Below are positions 9,113 to 18,987 of a stretch of 64,000 nucleotides of DNA, one piece after another. Each line of letters begins with the position of its first letter. Position 1 is the stretch's first letter. This DNA is from a plasmid. The position numbers and the translations under genes are program-made. The stretch lies in sequence record NZ_CP011600.1, one strand, 5' to 3'. The notes under the pieces are model-generated. The model worked only from the letters and a program-made list of their open reading frames with translations, was not told where the DNA came from and searched no databases.

Positions 9113-11758
9113 TTATACGCTGGTCAGTCCGGCCCAGCGTTCCAGTTCCTGCATTTCGGTCTGATACATATGCGGCTCGCAGGCCAGCAGATAAGCCGCT
9201 TCCTCACTGGTTGCCCCCGCCGCCTGCGCATCACTCATGTACTGATAGTCTTCCCCACGGGTACTGAACATCGCGCGCGTGACCGGGTCCACAAACACCC
9301 GGTGGAACGAACTGTATTCCCCACTCGAGATCATGACTGAACTGAATCCCGTATCACGTGCTGGCTGGAAGCCACGGATAACCTGCGTTTCCATCTCGCT
9401 GAACTGGTCCGGGTTGGCGTTAAGGTAAGTTTTAAAGGCTTTGGCGTCCTGCAGGAGGGTGACTTTCGTTCCTGAGCAGTCCCACGCCGCTGCTGCTGCC
9501 GGCGGTGCGGCCTGATCTTTGGTACCGGTGAAATCCTTGATGCCCTGCGTGATAGTAATGAATGCCCCACGATGGCGGCGAACCGTCCGGTAGCCGGTTT
9601 CGATAAAGCGAGCGGCATGCGGGTTAGAACCACTGAACAGACGCCAGGCTTCGTCGATAATGGCCACTTTTTTCAGGCTGCGCGGCGAGTGGTACATCTT
9701 TTCCTGTATCGCCAGAATCAGCGAATAGAGGATAGCGGAGAGCAGGTGAGGCTGATTTTCCAGACTCAGCAGCTCCAGCACGGCAAAGCGGGTATCACCA
9801 TCGAGCGTCGGGCTGTCCGAATTGAAATAATCGCCATTTGCCCCCCAGGTACACCACCGGTCCAGTAGCAGCACCAGTTCGTTGATGCGGTTCATGATGG
9901 TCGGCTGGTCACCGTACTCTTCCCTGACGGCAGGAGACTTCATGTACAGCACCACGTCGTCGATACGGGCTTTGTTCTTTTTAGCCTCGAATGCCGCCAC
10001 CACGCCTTTAAGCAGGATGGTTTCACTGACTTTATCCAGCGGCTCATTAGGACTGGCCAGTACCGTCAGAAGCCCCTGAACCCCTTCTGCTGATTCTTTA
10101 ATGTCGCGTATGTTGGCAAACGGGTTAAAACGCAGCGTGGCCCCGTCCAGATAGGCACCGCCCGCCTGTTTACAGAAGTTGCGGTAACTGCCCCCCATGT
10201 CGATAACCCAGCCGAAGCCTCCGGCATTCAGTACCTGCCGCAGAATTTCCTGGATAAAGAAGCTCTTGCCCGCGCCGGTGGTCCCGGTGACCGCGATGTT
10301 AAAGTTGGTGGCACCGTTGCTTTCGCTGAACATGTCAAAGAACGCCAGCGCATTGCGATAGGTCGGTAGCGGACTGCCGGACGCCGCCATCTGCCGCTCT
10401 GCCACCACCGGCATCAGATTGACGGCATTGAAGCTTTTGCAGCGCAGCGTGGCATTCATGTGCTTCATATCGTCCCACAACCCTTCCTGCATCAGGAACG
10501 GGAACGTGGTGAGCCAGTTACGCAGTTGCTGATAGCGCGGAGCGGATATCTCCAGGTCATTTTTGCGGAACACGTTGATGGCCGAGAGTTCGCAGGCCTG
10601 TTGTTTGCTGTCATCATCCGGGCAGAACAGCGTCAGGTTCAGACCAAAACTGCACATTGCGATTTCGTTACTGGCCAGTCCCATACGCAGGTCGCGCCAC
10701 TCTTCGTAAGTACGCTGCGTATTGGGAAACAGTTTGCCGTAGGAAGAGTTGGCCTTTTTGCCCATATCCTGTTCCCTGCGGAACGCCTCGTTCTGGCTGC
10801 TGACCTGATCTTCAACACAGATGGTCCAGCTCAGCAGGAACGGACAGGGGATACCGAGGTCCGGGAAGCGCATGTTCTGCAGATTGTCTGCTGCCTGCCA
10901 GAGTGCAAACTTTTTCGGCACTTTGGTCAGTTGCATATTCACCACCCGCGTACTGGCAACGGTGGTATCGCCCTCGTCCCCCATGATCCTGTCACCGGGC
11001 TGGCGTGAAGTGGTCAGGCGCAGGTAACCCGGATGCACTTCCATTTCGGTACTGTGGTCCACGCACTGGCGGTGCAGCTCCTGATCCGGGTTCCAGTTTT
11101 CATCACCGGCATTGACCTGTCCGGGACGATAATTGATCTGCTCGCGCAGAACGGTCAGGAACTCCGCCGCACCGACACGGCGGGTGTCCATGTGGGCCGC
11201 CATCATCGACACGCGCAGGGTTTCACGTATCTGCGCCACTTCATCCATCACCTTTAATCCACCCGTTCCCGGATGGGCATACACCAGAAAGACTCGGTAA
11301 CTGCGCAGATAGAGCGGATATTCCCGGTTATTAACCAGCCCTTTCAGCGCTGAACGCTCCCAGTAGGCTTTGGTAATGGCGTTAAGGCGCGGGGCCATAT
11401 CGCCTTTCCACATATCGCGGCTGAGGCCGTTTTCCAGCATGTCACCCACGCACTTACTGGCCACCATTAGCACCGTGACCGGTGTTTTACGCGGCAGTTT
11501 CTTGCGCAGCAGATCATCCAGCGCCTGCACCACCTGCTGGTTGGCCCCGGCGAGGGGGGCCACTTCCATAATGAACCCAACCGATCGGCTGTTAATAAAC
11601 AGGTCGGATTTCTCATCATATTCGCGGTAGGGCAACAGACTGGTTATAGAAGGATAACTGAAGGTTTCCTCCAGCTTCTGACGCGCCGCTTTTGCGCCAC
11701 CCTCATCGCGACTGCTGCTGAGGATACCGGTGAGGTGTTCGATAACATTACTGAGCAT
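9113..11758 (-). CDS. traC: TraC (VirB4-family) conjugative ATPase
   Basis: 881 aa, Walker A GTTGAGKS. Size and position match F TraC (875 aa). Confidence 0.9.
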   Translation of the reverse strand: MLSNVIEHLTGILSSSRDEGGAKAARQKLEETFSYPSITSLLPYREYDEKSDLFINSRSVGFIMEVAPLAGANQQVVQALDDLLRKKLPRKTPVTVLMVASKCVGDMLENGLSRDMWKGDMAPRLNAITKAYWERSALKGLVNNREYPLYLRSYRVFLVYAHPGTGGLKVMDEVAQIRETLRVSMMAAHMDTRRVGAAEFLTVLREQINYRPGQVNAGDENWNPDQELHRQCVDHSTEMEVHPGYLRLTTSRQPGDRIMGDEGDTTVASTRVVNMQLTKVPKKFALWQAADNLQNMRFPDLGIPCPFLLSWTICVEDQVSSQNEAFRREQDMGKKANSSYGKLFPNTQRTYEEWRDLRMGLASNEIAMCSFGLNLTLFCPDDDSKQQACELSAINVFRKNDLEISAPRYQQLRNWLTTFPFLMQEGLWDDMKHMNATLRCKSFNAVNLMPVVAERQMAASGSPLPTYRNALAFFDMFSESNGATNFNIAVTGTTGAGKSFFIQEILRQVLNAGGFGWVIDMGGSYRNFCKQAGGAYLDGATLRFNPFANIRDIKESAEGVQGLLTVLASPNEPLDKVSETILLKGVVAAFEAKKNKARIDDVVLYMKSPAVREEYGDQPTIMNRINELVLLLDRWCTWGANGDYFNSDSPTLDGDTRFAVLELLSLENQPHLLSAILYSLILAIQEKMYHSPRSLKKVAIIDEAWRLFSGSNPHAARFIETGYRTVRRHRGAFITITQGIKDFTGTKDQAAPPAAAAAWDCSGTKVTLLQDAKAFKTYLNANPDQFSEMETQVIRGFQPARDTGFSSVMISSGEYSSFHRVFVDPVTRAMFSTRGEDYQYMSDAQAAGATSEEAAYLLACEPHMYQTEMQELERWAGLTSV

Positions 11759-12031
11759 CCTGTCCTCCCCGGCGCTGAGAGCACGGACCAGTCAGACCGT
11801 CAGCTAACACGCGTGTTTTTCCCATGCCGCAGCGGCCACAGATAACAACGTTGCTGTCAGCAGACTCACTGGCTGTGAGGTCTGCCCGGGACCGGTGATG
11901 ATGGTACAGCGCCTGTGCTGAGGCTTCGGTGACCAGAATGTGTGAAGACAATAACGCCCTTCTGCCCGTATCGGTTCCGGTACGTGATGGAACAGATACT
12001 GTTGTTCCCATACTGAGAATGCGCTTTTTCA

Positions 12032-12586
12032 TTATTCCCCCTCATGGATAACCCGGAAATCATCGTTCCAGCGTGATTTTTGTTTCACAAACTCCACAAC
12101 AGCGGGCTGATGGAAACTGTCCTGCTCATCCACCCAGGGGGCTATCCAGAGCCGTTGTGTGGTATCCGGGATACGCATGGCCTCGACCTGCCCCGGCCCG
12201 CTGTACCCGGAAGGGGTGATGCTGCCGTCGGGTATGGCTACCGGCCGTATCGGGGCGGTGGAGGTGGAGGTGTGAAGCCTGCCGGTATTCACTGCCTGTC
12301 CGGCAACGGGACGCGGCGCAAGGGTTGCCACACTGACGGGACGAGCGGGGTTAATGGCAGGCTTCACATTGCCGGGCGTCGCCAGTGCCTCAGCCGCAGG
12401 CTTTGGGTTGCTGCCCTTCGCCGTATTCAGATCGTCCAGACTCTGGTGTTTTGAGGCCAGATGGCTGGCGTCAGACATCGACAGGCACTGGTCGGTGGCG
12501 GTTTTGTTGCAGTCGAAATCAGAATTCATACCGGCGCAGCCGGTTAAAGCGCCGCACAGCAGTGCGGCACCCAGTAATTTGTACAT
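12032..12586 (-). CDS. traV: TraV-like outer-membrane lipoprotein
   Basis: Lipobox LTGCAG after a signal peptide, additional Cys, Pro-rich. Position before traC. Confidence 0.65.
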   Translation of the reverse strand: MYKLLGAALLCGALTGCAGMNSDFDCNKTATDQCLSMSDASHLASKHQSLDDLNTAKGSNPKPAAEALATPGNVKPAINPARPVSVATLAPRPVAGQAVNTGRLHTSTSTAPIRPVAIPDGSITPSGYSGPGQVEAMRIPDTTQRLWIAPWVDEQDSFHQPAVVEFVKQKSRWNDDFRVIHEGE

Positions 12587-12693
12587 GGGTGTCTCCGGGT
12601 GTTATGGGAGGAGTTAAAAAAGAAGATTGTCTCGGGGGGATTAATTAATGAAAAAATTCCTGCATGTCAGTTCGTAGTGAGATAAAGCCCGCC

Positions 12694-13173
12694 TCACCGG
12701 TGGCATTGTTCACGACCCGCCTCCCCGGTGGGCTCCGGAGCGTTGTCCAGAAAGCGCAACGGTCTTTTATCTGACGGAGACACGGTTCCACATTCTCTTT
12801 CATACCAGCATTCAAGATCCTGCAGTTCAAGGTGTCCCTTTTGTCGTGCGGTCTCCTGCAAATCATGCCAGGCCATCATGTTACGGGGCTGATACGCAGA
12901 CAGTCTGAAATCCAGCGTGTGACTCCATGTTTTCAAGGCAGTGGCTGGCAAATTCCAGGCGATAAGCCCTGACCCGAAAACGAAAAGCGACAAAAACAGA
13001 GCCGCGTTAACCGGGTGCACAGGTAACTTCATGGCAGTCCAGAAACCCATTGCAGCGAGCGTAATCAGGATAATCCAGAACCGCCTGATGCCGGGTGGGG
13101 AACCGCCTGCACGCCACTGTCTGATATCACTGCTTATCTGGCCCAGCGTTTGAGCGTTAGTCTTTTTTTTCAC
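12694..13173 (-). CDS. inner-membrane protein (TraP position)
   Basis: 159 aa with two TM segments, between the NusG-like gene and traV. Confidence 0.35.
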   Translation of the reverse strand: MKKKTNAQTLGQISSDIRQWRAGGSPPGIRRFWIILITLAAMGFWTAMKLPVHPVNAALFLSLFVFGSGLIAWNLPATALKTWSHTLDFRLSAYQPRNMMAWHDLQETARQKGHLELQDLECWYERECGTVSPSDKRPLRFLDNAPEPTGEAGREQCHR

Positions 13174-13207
13174 GACGTTCCCCCTCCGTTAATGTCAGTC
13201 AGCCGGT

Positions 13208-13723
13208 TCATGCTGCAGCCTCTCTCGCGACAATATGAAAGCGCATGCTGCTGTTTACCGGGACGCGCACCTGCTGATTCATCAGGTTCAGGAGGAGCAT
13301 GGCCCGCTTCATGCCGTCCGGTTCATACCACACGGCTTCGATACCTTCGAATGCACCATCACGGAGCATCACCCGGTCCCCGTGCTGTGGGGCGACTGTC
13401 TCCGGTGGCGCACTGCTCCAGCCCTGGCTGAGTTGTGTAATCACGCTGTCCGGTACCACGGAAGGCAGGCCACCGAAGCTGATGAGCGTCGAGATACCAC
13501 GCGTGGCTTTGATGGCCGTGGTGTGCACCACCTCCGGGTCAAAACGCACAAATATGTAGTTCGGGAACATCGGCTGCGGCGTTACCCCCCTGACCCTGCC
13601 ATTGTGCAGGCGGACCTCGGAGAGCATCGGCAGCAGGCACGTCACCCCCTGACTCTGCAGCTGTTGTTGCGCCCGCTTTTCCTGGGCGAACTTCGTCTGT
13701 GCCACATACCAGTTTTCCATCAC
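13208..13723 (-). CDS. NusG/RfaH-family transcription antitermination paralog (NGN plus KOW)
   Basis: N-terminus WYVAQTKFAQEKRAQQQLQSQGVTCLLP resembles the NGN domain. KOW-like C-terminal region GDRVMLRDGAFEGIEAVWYEPDG. 171 aa. Confidence 0.6.
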   Translation of the reverse strand: MMENWYVAQTKFAQEKRAQQQLQSQGVTCLLPMLSEVRLHNGRVRGVTPQPMFPNYIFVRFDPEVVHTTAIKATRGISTLISFGGLPSVVPDSVITQLSQGWSSAPPETVAPQHGDRVMLRDGAFEGIEAVWYEPDGMKRAMLLLNLMNQQVRVPVNSSMRFHIVAREAAA

Positions 13724-13731
13724 GTCCCCTG

Positions 13732-15135
13732 TCAGTTAATGGTGTCACCGAGACGAAGCTGGCTTGCCTGCCGCAACACTTCATCCGGATTCAGCACCGG
13801 TGCGTTGTTGCTGTTGCTGGCATTCGTCGCCGGGGTGGCCGCCGCGGTCTGCTGGGAGGCCGTCTGTGCACCGGTTTTCTTCTCTTTTTCTTCTTCCGCA
13901 TCCTCAATGGTTTCCAGGCGGAAGCCCTGCTGGAAGACCACCGTCACGGCATTACCAGCCCCGATATCAATCACCGGGTGATACTGCTCAGCACGTTTAA
14001 TCCAGTACTGGCTCAGTGTGTCAGCCGCCTTACTGGCCCCGCCGCCAAATCCCTGCTTGAGGATGTCGCCGGCACCGACGGAGGCAGAACCACCCAGCCC
14101 GACAGTCGGCGTGGCTGCAGACTTAATACCCTCGCCGAAGCCTGATAACAGCCCGGCCGCACCGGCGTTGGCGATGATGGCACCGTTACGCATCACCGGC
14201 TTGCCACGGATACCCTGTTTGCCCTGGAAGGAAACGTGCCCGTCAAACGCCATATCGATGTGCTTGCCATTTTTCAGGATGCAGCTGATGTTTTTTGTGC
14301 GGACTTCGCCGCGTTCGCTCGAGATATCGCCGTACATTTCCCCGGTCACGCGGCACTGGTCCATGTTGTACGTTTTGCCGTTGGGCATCGAGACATCACC
14401 GAGCAGGGTGATAACCACGGGTGAGGTATTTTGCTGACCGGTCACACTGGCATTGGCGTCTGCCCCTTCAATCAGCACTGCCTCAGAGAATGACCCTGAC
14501 GGTATCCAGGGGAGTTTTGTCTTTTTCGCGGAGAGTGAGGCGTAGGTGAATGTGTCCCGTTTCAGTCCTCCGGTACGCATCGTACCGGTGCCGGGATAAA
14601 AGCCCTGCCCCTGCCCCTGACCCTGCGGATAAAAATGACTGCCCTGCCCCGCAGCGGGTGCGCCGGACTGAGGCGTGACACTCCACTGTGCCGGACCGGA
14701 GGGGCCACCAGGAACCGGTCCGTTAGCGGGAGCACCGGGCGGAACAGCCGTACCCTGCCCCGGCCCGGTGGGGGTTTTACCGCCCTCTGTCTGCTGCTTC
14801 TGCAACTGACTCAACACTTCTCCCATTTTAGCCAGCTGGTTTCTCAGGTCATCGTTCTGGGTTTTCAGGGTGGCGGCCAGCGTGTTCATGTCTTTCTCCA
14901 GCCCGGCCGTCTTGTTCTGCTGTTGCTGCAGCGCCGATGTGGCCACTCCTTCGGTAAAGGAGGTATTCACCAGGCTCCCTGTCAGGTTCGGGGCCGCTTT
15001 GGGTGCAGGACGGTTAAGTTCTGCCTGATGATGTGACCAGGCCCAGATACCGCCGCCCGTCGCGAGCATGACCGCTGCGGAGATACCGGCAATCATCCAC
15101 TGACGGCGGCGCGTGGCGGTATTGATGTTACTCAT
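13732..15135 (-). CDS. traB: TraB (VirB10-like) envelope-spanning protein
   Basis: 467 aa, N-terminal TM, long Pro/Gly/Gln-rich linker, conserved C-terminal domain. Position after traK. Confidence 0.85.
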   Translation of the reverse strand: MSNINTATRRRQWMIAGISAAVMLATGGGIWAWSHHQAELNRPAPKAAPNLTGSLVNTSFTEGVATSALQQQQNKTAGLEKDMNTLAATLKTQNDDLRNQLAKMGEVLSQLQKQQTEGGKTPTGPGQGTAVPPGAPANGPVPGGPSGPAQWSVTPQSGAPAAGQGSHFYPQGQGQGQGFYPGTGTMRTGGLKRDTFTYASLSAKKTKLPWIPSGSFSEAVLIEGADANASVTGQQNTSPVVITLLGDVSMPNGKTYNMDQCRVTGEMYGDISSERGEVRTKNISCILKNGKHIDMAFDGHVSFQGKQGIRGKPVMRNGAIIANAGAAGLLSGFGEGIKSAATPTVGLGGSASVGAGDILKQGFGGGASKAADTLSQYWIKRAEQYHPVIDIGAGNAVTVVFQQGFRLETIEDAEEEKEKKTGAQTASQQTAAATPATNASNSNNAPVLNPDEVLRQASQLRLGDTIN

Positions 15136-15866
15136 GCCCCCTCCTCAGCCGTGGAAAAAATTACCCAGACAAAACCCTCACCGCCGGCGTACAGGGTCCG
15201 GGTGGAGAGCATCACCGCCCGCACCCCTTTCTGCCAGAACTGCTTTTCACTGAGCGGGCGGCTGATGTAGCCGGTGTTTTTCATGCGATACCGCACCACC
15301 TGCAGGTGCGAACCGACGAGCTGGCGCTCAGGCGTCAGCTGGACGCCGGCGGGCGGGTTATACGCCGGACCCCGTGCGACTTTCATGTCGGTGTACCCTT
15401 CCGGTACCTCGCCGTTGACGACGTGGCGGGCCACGCTGACCAGTGTTTTCTGAAACGGCTGGCTTTCTTCCCAGGCTTTTGCATCCGGATTGGGTTTGAG
15501 GGGGACGCTTGCGGGGATAAGGTGCAGGGTGCGCCCGTTCCCCGGTTTTGGCGACACATCAATTGAGACGCTGACGCCACCGGCGGTCTCCAGAAACAGC
15601 GTAAAGTCCTGACCGGTCAGCGGAGTAATCATCAGTGCGCCGTCGGCGGTATTGTCTTTCGTGTACGCGTTTTCCGGCCCCGTCACGCCGGTAATCAGTT
15701 CGCCGTCGATGATGATTTTATTGGGGCTGGTATTACTCATCTGCGCTTTGAGATGCGCATTATTTTCAAACGGAGTTCCGGCCGGGCCGGGTACCGCAGC
15801 CAGTGCAGTTGTGGACAGGCAGACCAGCGCGCCTGCCACAGCCAGTGCAGAAAGGGTTATCTTCAT
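15132..15866 (-). CDS. traK: TraK secretin-like periplasmic protein
   Basis: 244 aa, signal peptide. Size and position as F TraK (242 aa). Confidence 0.75.
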   Translation of the reverse strand: MKITLSALAVAGALVCLSTTALAAVPGPAGTPFENNAHLKAQMSNTSPNKIIIDGELITGVTGPENAYTKDNTADGALMITPLTGQDFTLFLETAGGVSVSIDVSPKPGNGRTLHLIPASVPLKPNPDAKAWEESQPFQKTLVSVARHVVNGEVPEGYTDMKVARGPAYNPPAGVQLTPERQLVGSHLQVVRYRMKNTGYISRPLSEKQFWQKGVRAVMLSTRTLYAGGEGFVWVIFSTAEEGA

Positions 15867-15869
15867 GGT

Positions 15870-16502
15870 TCAGTCCTGTTTCGGGTGGCTGGCGGGTTGC
15901 TGCCAGGGAACCTCAGTGAACGCCGTCAGGCGGATGAGACCATCCACGTAATGCACACTGAGCCGCCAGGCTTTGTGCGCATCCGGCAGCGAGATTTTCA
16001 GGTTACCGTTGGTGGTACTGGCACTCAGCGTGCCCTGCGCGATGATGTCACCGGTGGCCGTGTCGGTGATTTCATCATCGATACGGAACACAGAGGACAC
16101 ACCGTTCTTTTTGATGTACTCCGCCTCAGCAGCCAGTTGCTTTTTTATCTCGTCACGGTATTCGGCCGGAACCTGACGCAGCAGGGCAGCATGCTGGGCG
16201 TCCACGGTTTCGGGCGTGACGGAAAGACGGAGGTTAATGAAGGAACGAACCAGCATGCCGTTCAGCGCTGCATCGCCGGAGGCGGCATCGGAGATAAACG
16301 GCCGGTCAAATATCATGGGCGTGGTGAGTGTCTTCTGCGTTTTATAGAAGTGCCACGCCATTGCACCGTTAATGCTGATACCAATGGCCAGAATAAACAC
16401 AAGCAACACCAGTGATGAGATAACCAGGATGACCACCCGGTTACGCCCTTCCCGGACCTGATACTTCATATGCATTTTCCTTCTGAGGGAAATAAGCGCC
16501 AC
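15870..16502 (-). CDS. traE: TraE inner-membrane pilus assembly protein
   Basis: Single N-terminal TM (VVILVISSLVLLVFILAIGI), about 200 aa, between traL and traK. Exact start uncertain. Confidence 0.75.
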   Translation of the reverse strand: MALISLRRKMHMKYQVREGRNRVVILVISSLVLLVFILAIGISINGAMAWHFYKTQKTLTTPMIFDRPFISDAASGDAALNGMLVRSFINLRLSVTPETVDAQHAALLRQVPAEYRDEIKKQLAAEAEYIKKNGVSSVFRIDDEITDTATGDIIAQGTLSASTTNGNLKISLPDAHKAWRLSVHYVDGLIRLTAFTEVPWQQPASHPKQD

Positions 16503-16520
16503 CCGGAGGCGGCGCGCGGG

Positions 16521-16823
16521 TTACTGCATCCAGTGCCGGTTGCCCGAATCGGGCACCCGCCGGAACTGCAACCGGAGCAGTGCGGTCGGCAGATACCAGT
16601 AAAGGAGGTTCAGGAGCCACCAGGTGCCCTGCCCCTTCTTCAGATGGCGGATTAACAGCCAGAGCGCGGCAGCCACAAACAGCATCACAATGAACATGTC
16701 GCAGAGCAGACCGATACCGGCGCACACAACAATGACAAAGGCCTCCTCGGGCGGGAGTCCGATAAAACGTTTCTGCTGATTGAGGGTTTCCGGGAACTGG
16801 TACTGAAGGGAGTCCCTGTCCAT
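16521..16823 (-). CDS. traL: TraL pilus assembly protein
   Basis: Start placed at MDRDSLQYQFPETLNQQKRFIGLPPEE (ATG 16821-16823), matching the F TraL N-terminal pattern (..YKFP..L...R..GLP.DE). Hydrophobic remainder. Confidence 0.65.
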   Translation of the reverse strand: MDRDSLQYQFPETLNQQKRFIGLPPEEAFVIVVCAGIGLLCDMFIVMLFVAAALWLLIRHLKKGQGTWWLLNLLYWYLPTALLRLQFRRVPDSGNRHWMQ

Positions 16824-16830
16824 GACAGGA

Positions 16831-17223
16831 TTAGCCAGCGAGGGCGAAGAAGCTGCGGGTGATAACAATCAGGAATGCCAGGCCACCAACAAACAGCATC
16901 GGGTTACGGGTTTTCATATATGCGGCAGCGGAAATGAGGACCTCAGCAATATACAGACCCCACTCCACCGTACTCCCGTGCCCGAAGGTATCCTTCGCAT
17001 CCTGTTTCTGACCGGAGAGCAGGTCTTCCGCGTGTCCCAGATGGGGCAGCGCGATGAAAACCACCGCCAGACACAACAGCAACAGATTAATGCGATGGCG
17101 ATAAATCAGACTGAAGGCACCACGCAGCATGCCGATAAACAACGATGACGCACCAGTCCGGACTTCCGGGCAGGCTTCCGCAGCCCCCTCCGCCAGCGCC
17201 GGTTGAGTTAAGACGACTTTCAT
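16831..17223 (-). CDS. traA: TraA propilin
   Basis: 130 aa. C-terminal 70 aa ...DAKDTFGHGSTVEWGLYIAEVLISAAAYMKTRNPMLFVGGLAFLIV... aligns by eye with F pilin ...KATFGKDSSVVKWVVLAEVLVGAVMYMMTKNVKFLAGFAII... Long leader peptide. Confidence 0.7.
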   Translation of the reverse strand: MKVVLTQPALAEGAAEACPEVRTGASSLFIGMLRGAFSLIYRHRINLLLLCLAVVFIALPHLGHAEDLLSGQKQDAKDTFGHGSTVEWGLYIAEVLISAAAYMKTRNPMLFVGGLAFLIVITRSFFALAG

Positions 17224-17433
17224 GTCAGTTAGCCTCGATTTAAGTTAAGGAAATGTCATTGCGCGTAAACAGACGTAACGCGCGGTAAGTGTACATTTTC
17301 TCAAAAAAAAAAAATCTGTGACGCAAATCACGTTATTAGTGATTGTGATGCGATTTTTTAAGATTAATCCTGCAGCGGGGTGGAGTAGGCTTGCTGCCTG
17401 AACAGGGGATACCTCGTGAGGAGGTTTTTTTGT

Positions 17434-18054
17434 ATGAAAGTAAAAGAAAAAATGGGTGACGGTCGTGGCAGGCCGCGAAAATATGCCAGAGGAGAAATGC
17501 AGTACCGGAAATTATGGTTACCGGAAAATTTACTGATGGAGCTGCGAGTGGCAGCAAGGGTCAGAAATTTCACCACCAATGATGAAATCATCAGCCGTCT
17601 TATTGCTTCGTTAAACTTTTCGCCGCGCCGGCATATTATCAAAACGGATGAAGGACAACGTCTTGTAGCGCTTGCACGGTTATTTGATGAGTTTCTTCAG
17701 GCAAGACTCGATGTGATTCGCAAAAAATATCAGGCAGAGAAAATCAGTGACAACGGTAAAAAAACATTTGTCCCGGGAAAGAACCGCGCATTCAGCAGCA
17801 GTTTCCCGGAGAATTTACGCCGGGATATGGAAGTCAGCGCCCGGTTTAACCGGCGAAGTATGAACAGGGAAATCATGGAGCGGCTTCTGGATTCACTGAA
17901 TTATTTAACCGAACAGCAGTTACCCGAAAATGAGGAAGTCTGGCGACTGCGTGAACTGGCAATACTGTTTGATGAGTTTATTTCAGGGAAAGTGGTAAAA
18001 GCAGAAAATCCGCTCACGAAGGAAGTGGCAGGTGAAGAGAAAAAAGAAGAGTGA
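17434..18054 (+). CDS. tandem ribbon-helix-helix (Arc/MetJ-like) DNA-binding regulator, divergent from the tra operon
   Basis: RBS GAGGAGG 10 nt before the ATG at 17434. Two repeats of an RHH-like module (LPENLLMELRVAARVRNFTTNDEIISRLIASL and FPENLRRDMEVSARFNRRSMNREIMERLLDSL), each followed by a helical region. The track ORF starts at GTG 17416. Confidence 0.55.
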   Translation: MKVKEKMGDGRGRPRKYARGEMQYRKLWLPENLLMELRVAARVRNFTTNDEIISRLIASLNFSPRRHIIKTDEGQRLVALARLFDEFLQARLDVIRKKYQAEKISDNGKKTFVPGKNRAFSSSFPENLRRDMEVSARFNRRSMNREIMERLLDSLNYLTEQQLPENEEVWRLRELAILFDEFISGKVVKAENPLTKEVAGEEKKEE

Positions 18055-18550
18055 AGTTATAAGCAACCATTACGCATTATTAACGTTCTGAATCAGTACG
18101 GGCATTGTCTGTTTCACTCTGTAAATATACACACCGCAATAAGAATCCGTAATGTCACGGGGTAACGTCTCCCGATATTATTGCCATATCACAGCGACCT
18201 TTCACAGCGAATAAGGAAATCAGAAAGCGGGTGGCGTAAATGCCACCCGACACCGTCTGTAAAAACACACTTAAAAAATGCAAACGGGTCACCTCAGCCT
18301 CATGCATCGAAAAGCCTGTCCACAGCGTTATTTCGCGTATCTGTCCACCCACAACCATAACAGAATACACAGCCAGCCAGGACAGAACGCCAGAATCTTG
18401 CGACTTACAGAGCCCACTACAGAGATATCCTTCGCCGGGAAACCGGGCGGTAAATACGCTCCCGTTATTCGATATCAGCATCACGCATAAAAAACAGGGA
18501 GAGGAAACCGTCAGTGCTGAGAGGATACGTTCAGACCGGAAACATAAACA

Positions 18551-18580
18551 CGACCGGCACGCTTCCGGTCATGCTTTATT
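18551..18580. terminator. stem-loop (GACCGGCACGCTTCCGGTC) with adjacent T-run, candidate terminator just 3' of traM
   Basis: Seen in sequence. T-run on the + side, U-rich tract on the - side. Orientation ambiguous. Confidence 0.35.
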
Positions 18581-18597
18581 TTTTTAAAACAGGGTAT

Positions 18598-18987
18598 TTA
18601 TTCTTCCTGAATAAAGTGTTTACTTTCTGCCTTATCTTCCGCATCGGACATCCCGGTAAGATTCAGGTCCATAAGCGCTTCCAGTTTATCCTGAGTGTTC
18701 TCTCCCCTGATTTGCAGATACATTTCTGTCATCATGGCCATCATGATACTCGTACCTTCACGCGTACCGGCCACCCTGCGTATTAAGTCACGATTGAATC
18801 CTTCCATATCGAATTTATTCCCTTCGCTCTGATGCTTTTTGACCATCAGGCCAATGCCGACCAGTTCATTCACCACGGACGAGAAGTTAACCTCGCCATG
18901 CGTGGCGCCGTTCTGCATTTCAATCTGGACCAGCTCCAGCACTTCCCGCTCGGTCTTTTCCTTGAAGTAGATGTTTCTTCGGCCCAT
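18598..18987 (-). CDS. traM: TraM relaxosome accessory protein
   Basis: 129 aa. N-terminal region GRRNIYFKEKTEREVLELVQIEMQNGATHGEVNFSSVVNELVGIGLMV parallels F TraM KVNLYISNDAYEKINAIIEKRRQEGAREKDVSFSATASMLLELGLRV. Confidence 0.8.
   Translation of the reverse strand: MGRRNIYFKEKTEREVLELVQIEMQNGATHGEVNFSSVVNELVGIGLMVKKHQSEGNKFDMEGFNRDLIRRVAGTREGTSIMMAMMTEMYLQIRGENTQDKLEALMDLNLTGMSDAEDKAESKHFIQEE

Noticed and set aside
11748-12032. 94-aa ORF between traV and traC (where F has traR)
   Set aside because: No DksA/TraR C4 zinc-finger, odd composition and it overlaps the traC start. It could still be a small real gene, but I cannot support it.
3133-16415. Long antisense ORFs opposite the tra genes (884..1438, 3133..3930, 5757..6482, 7610..8137, 10460..11008, 13235..13981, 15753..16415)
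   Set aside because: Each lies fully within a well-supported minus-strand tra gene. They are high-GC antisense frames with no family resemblance.
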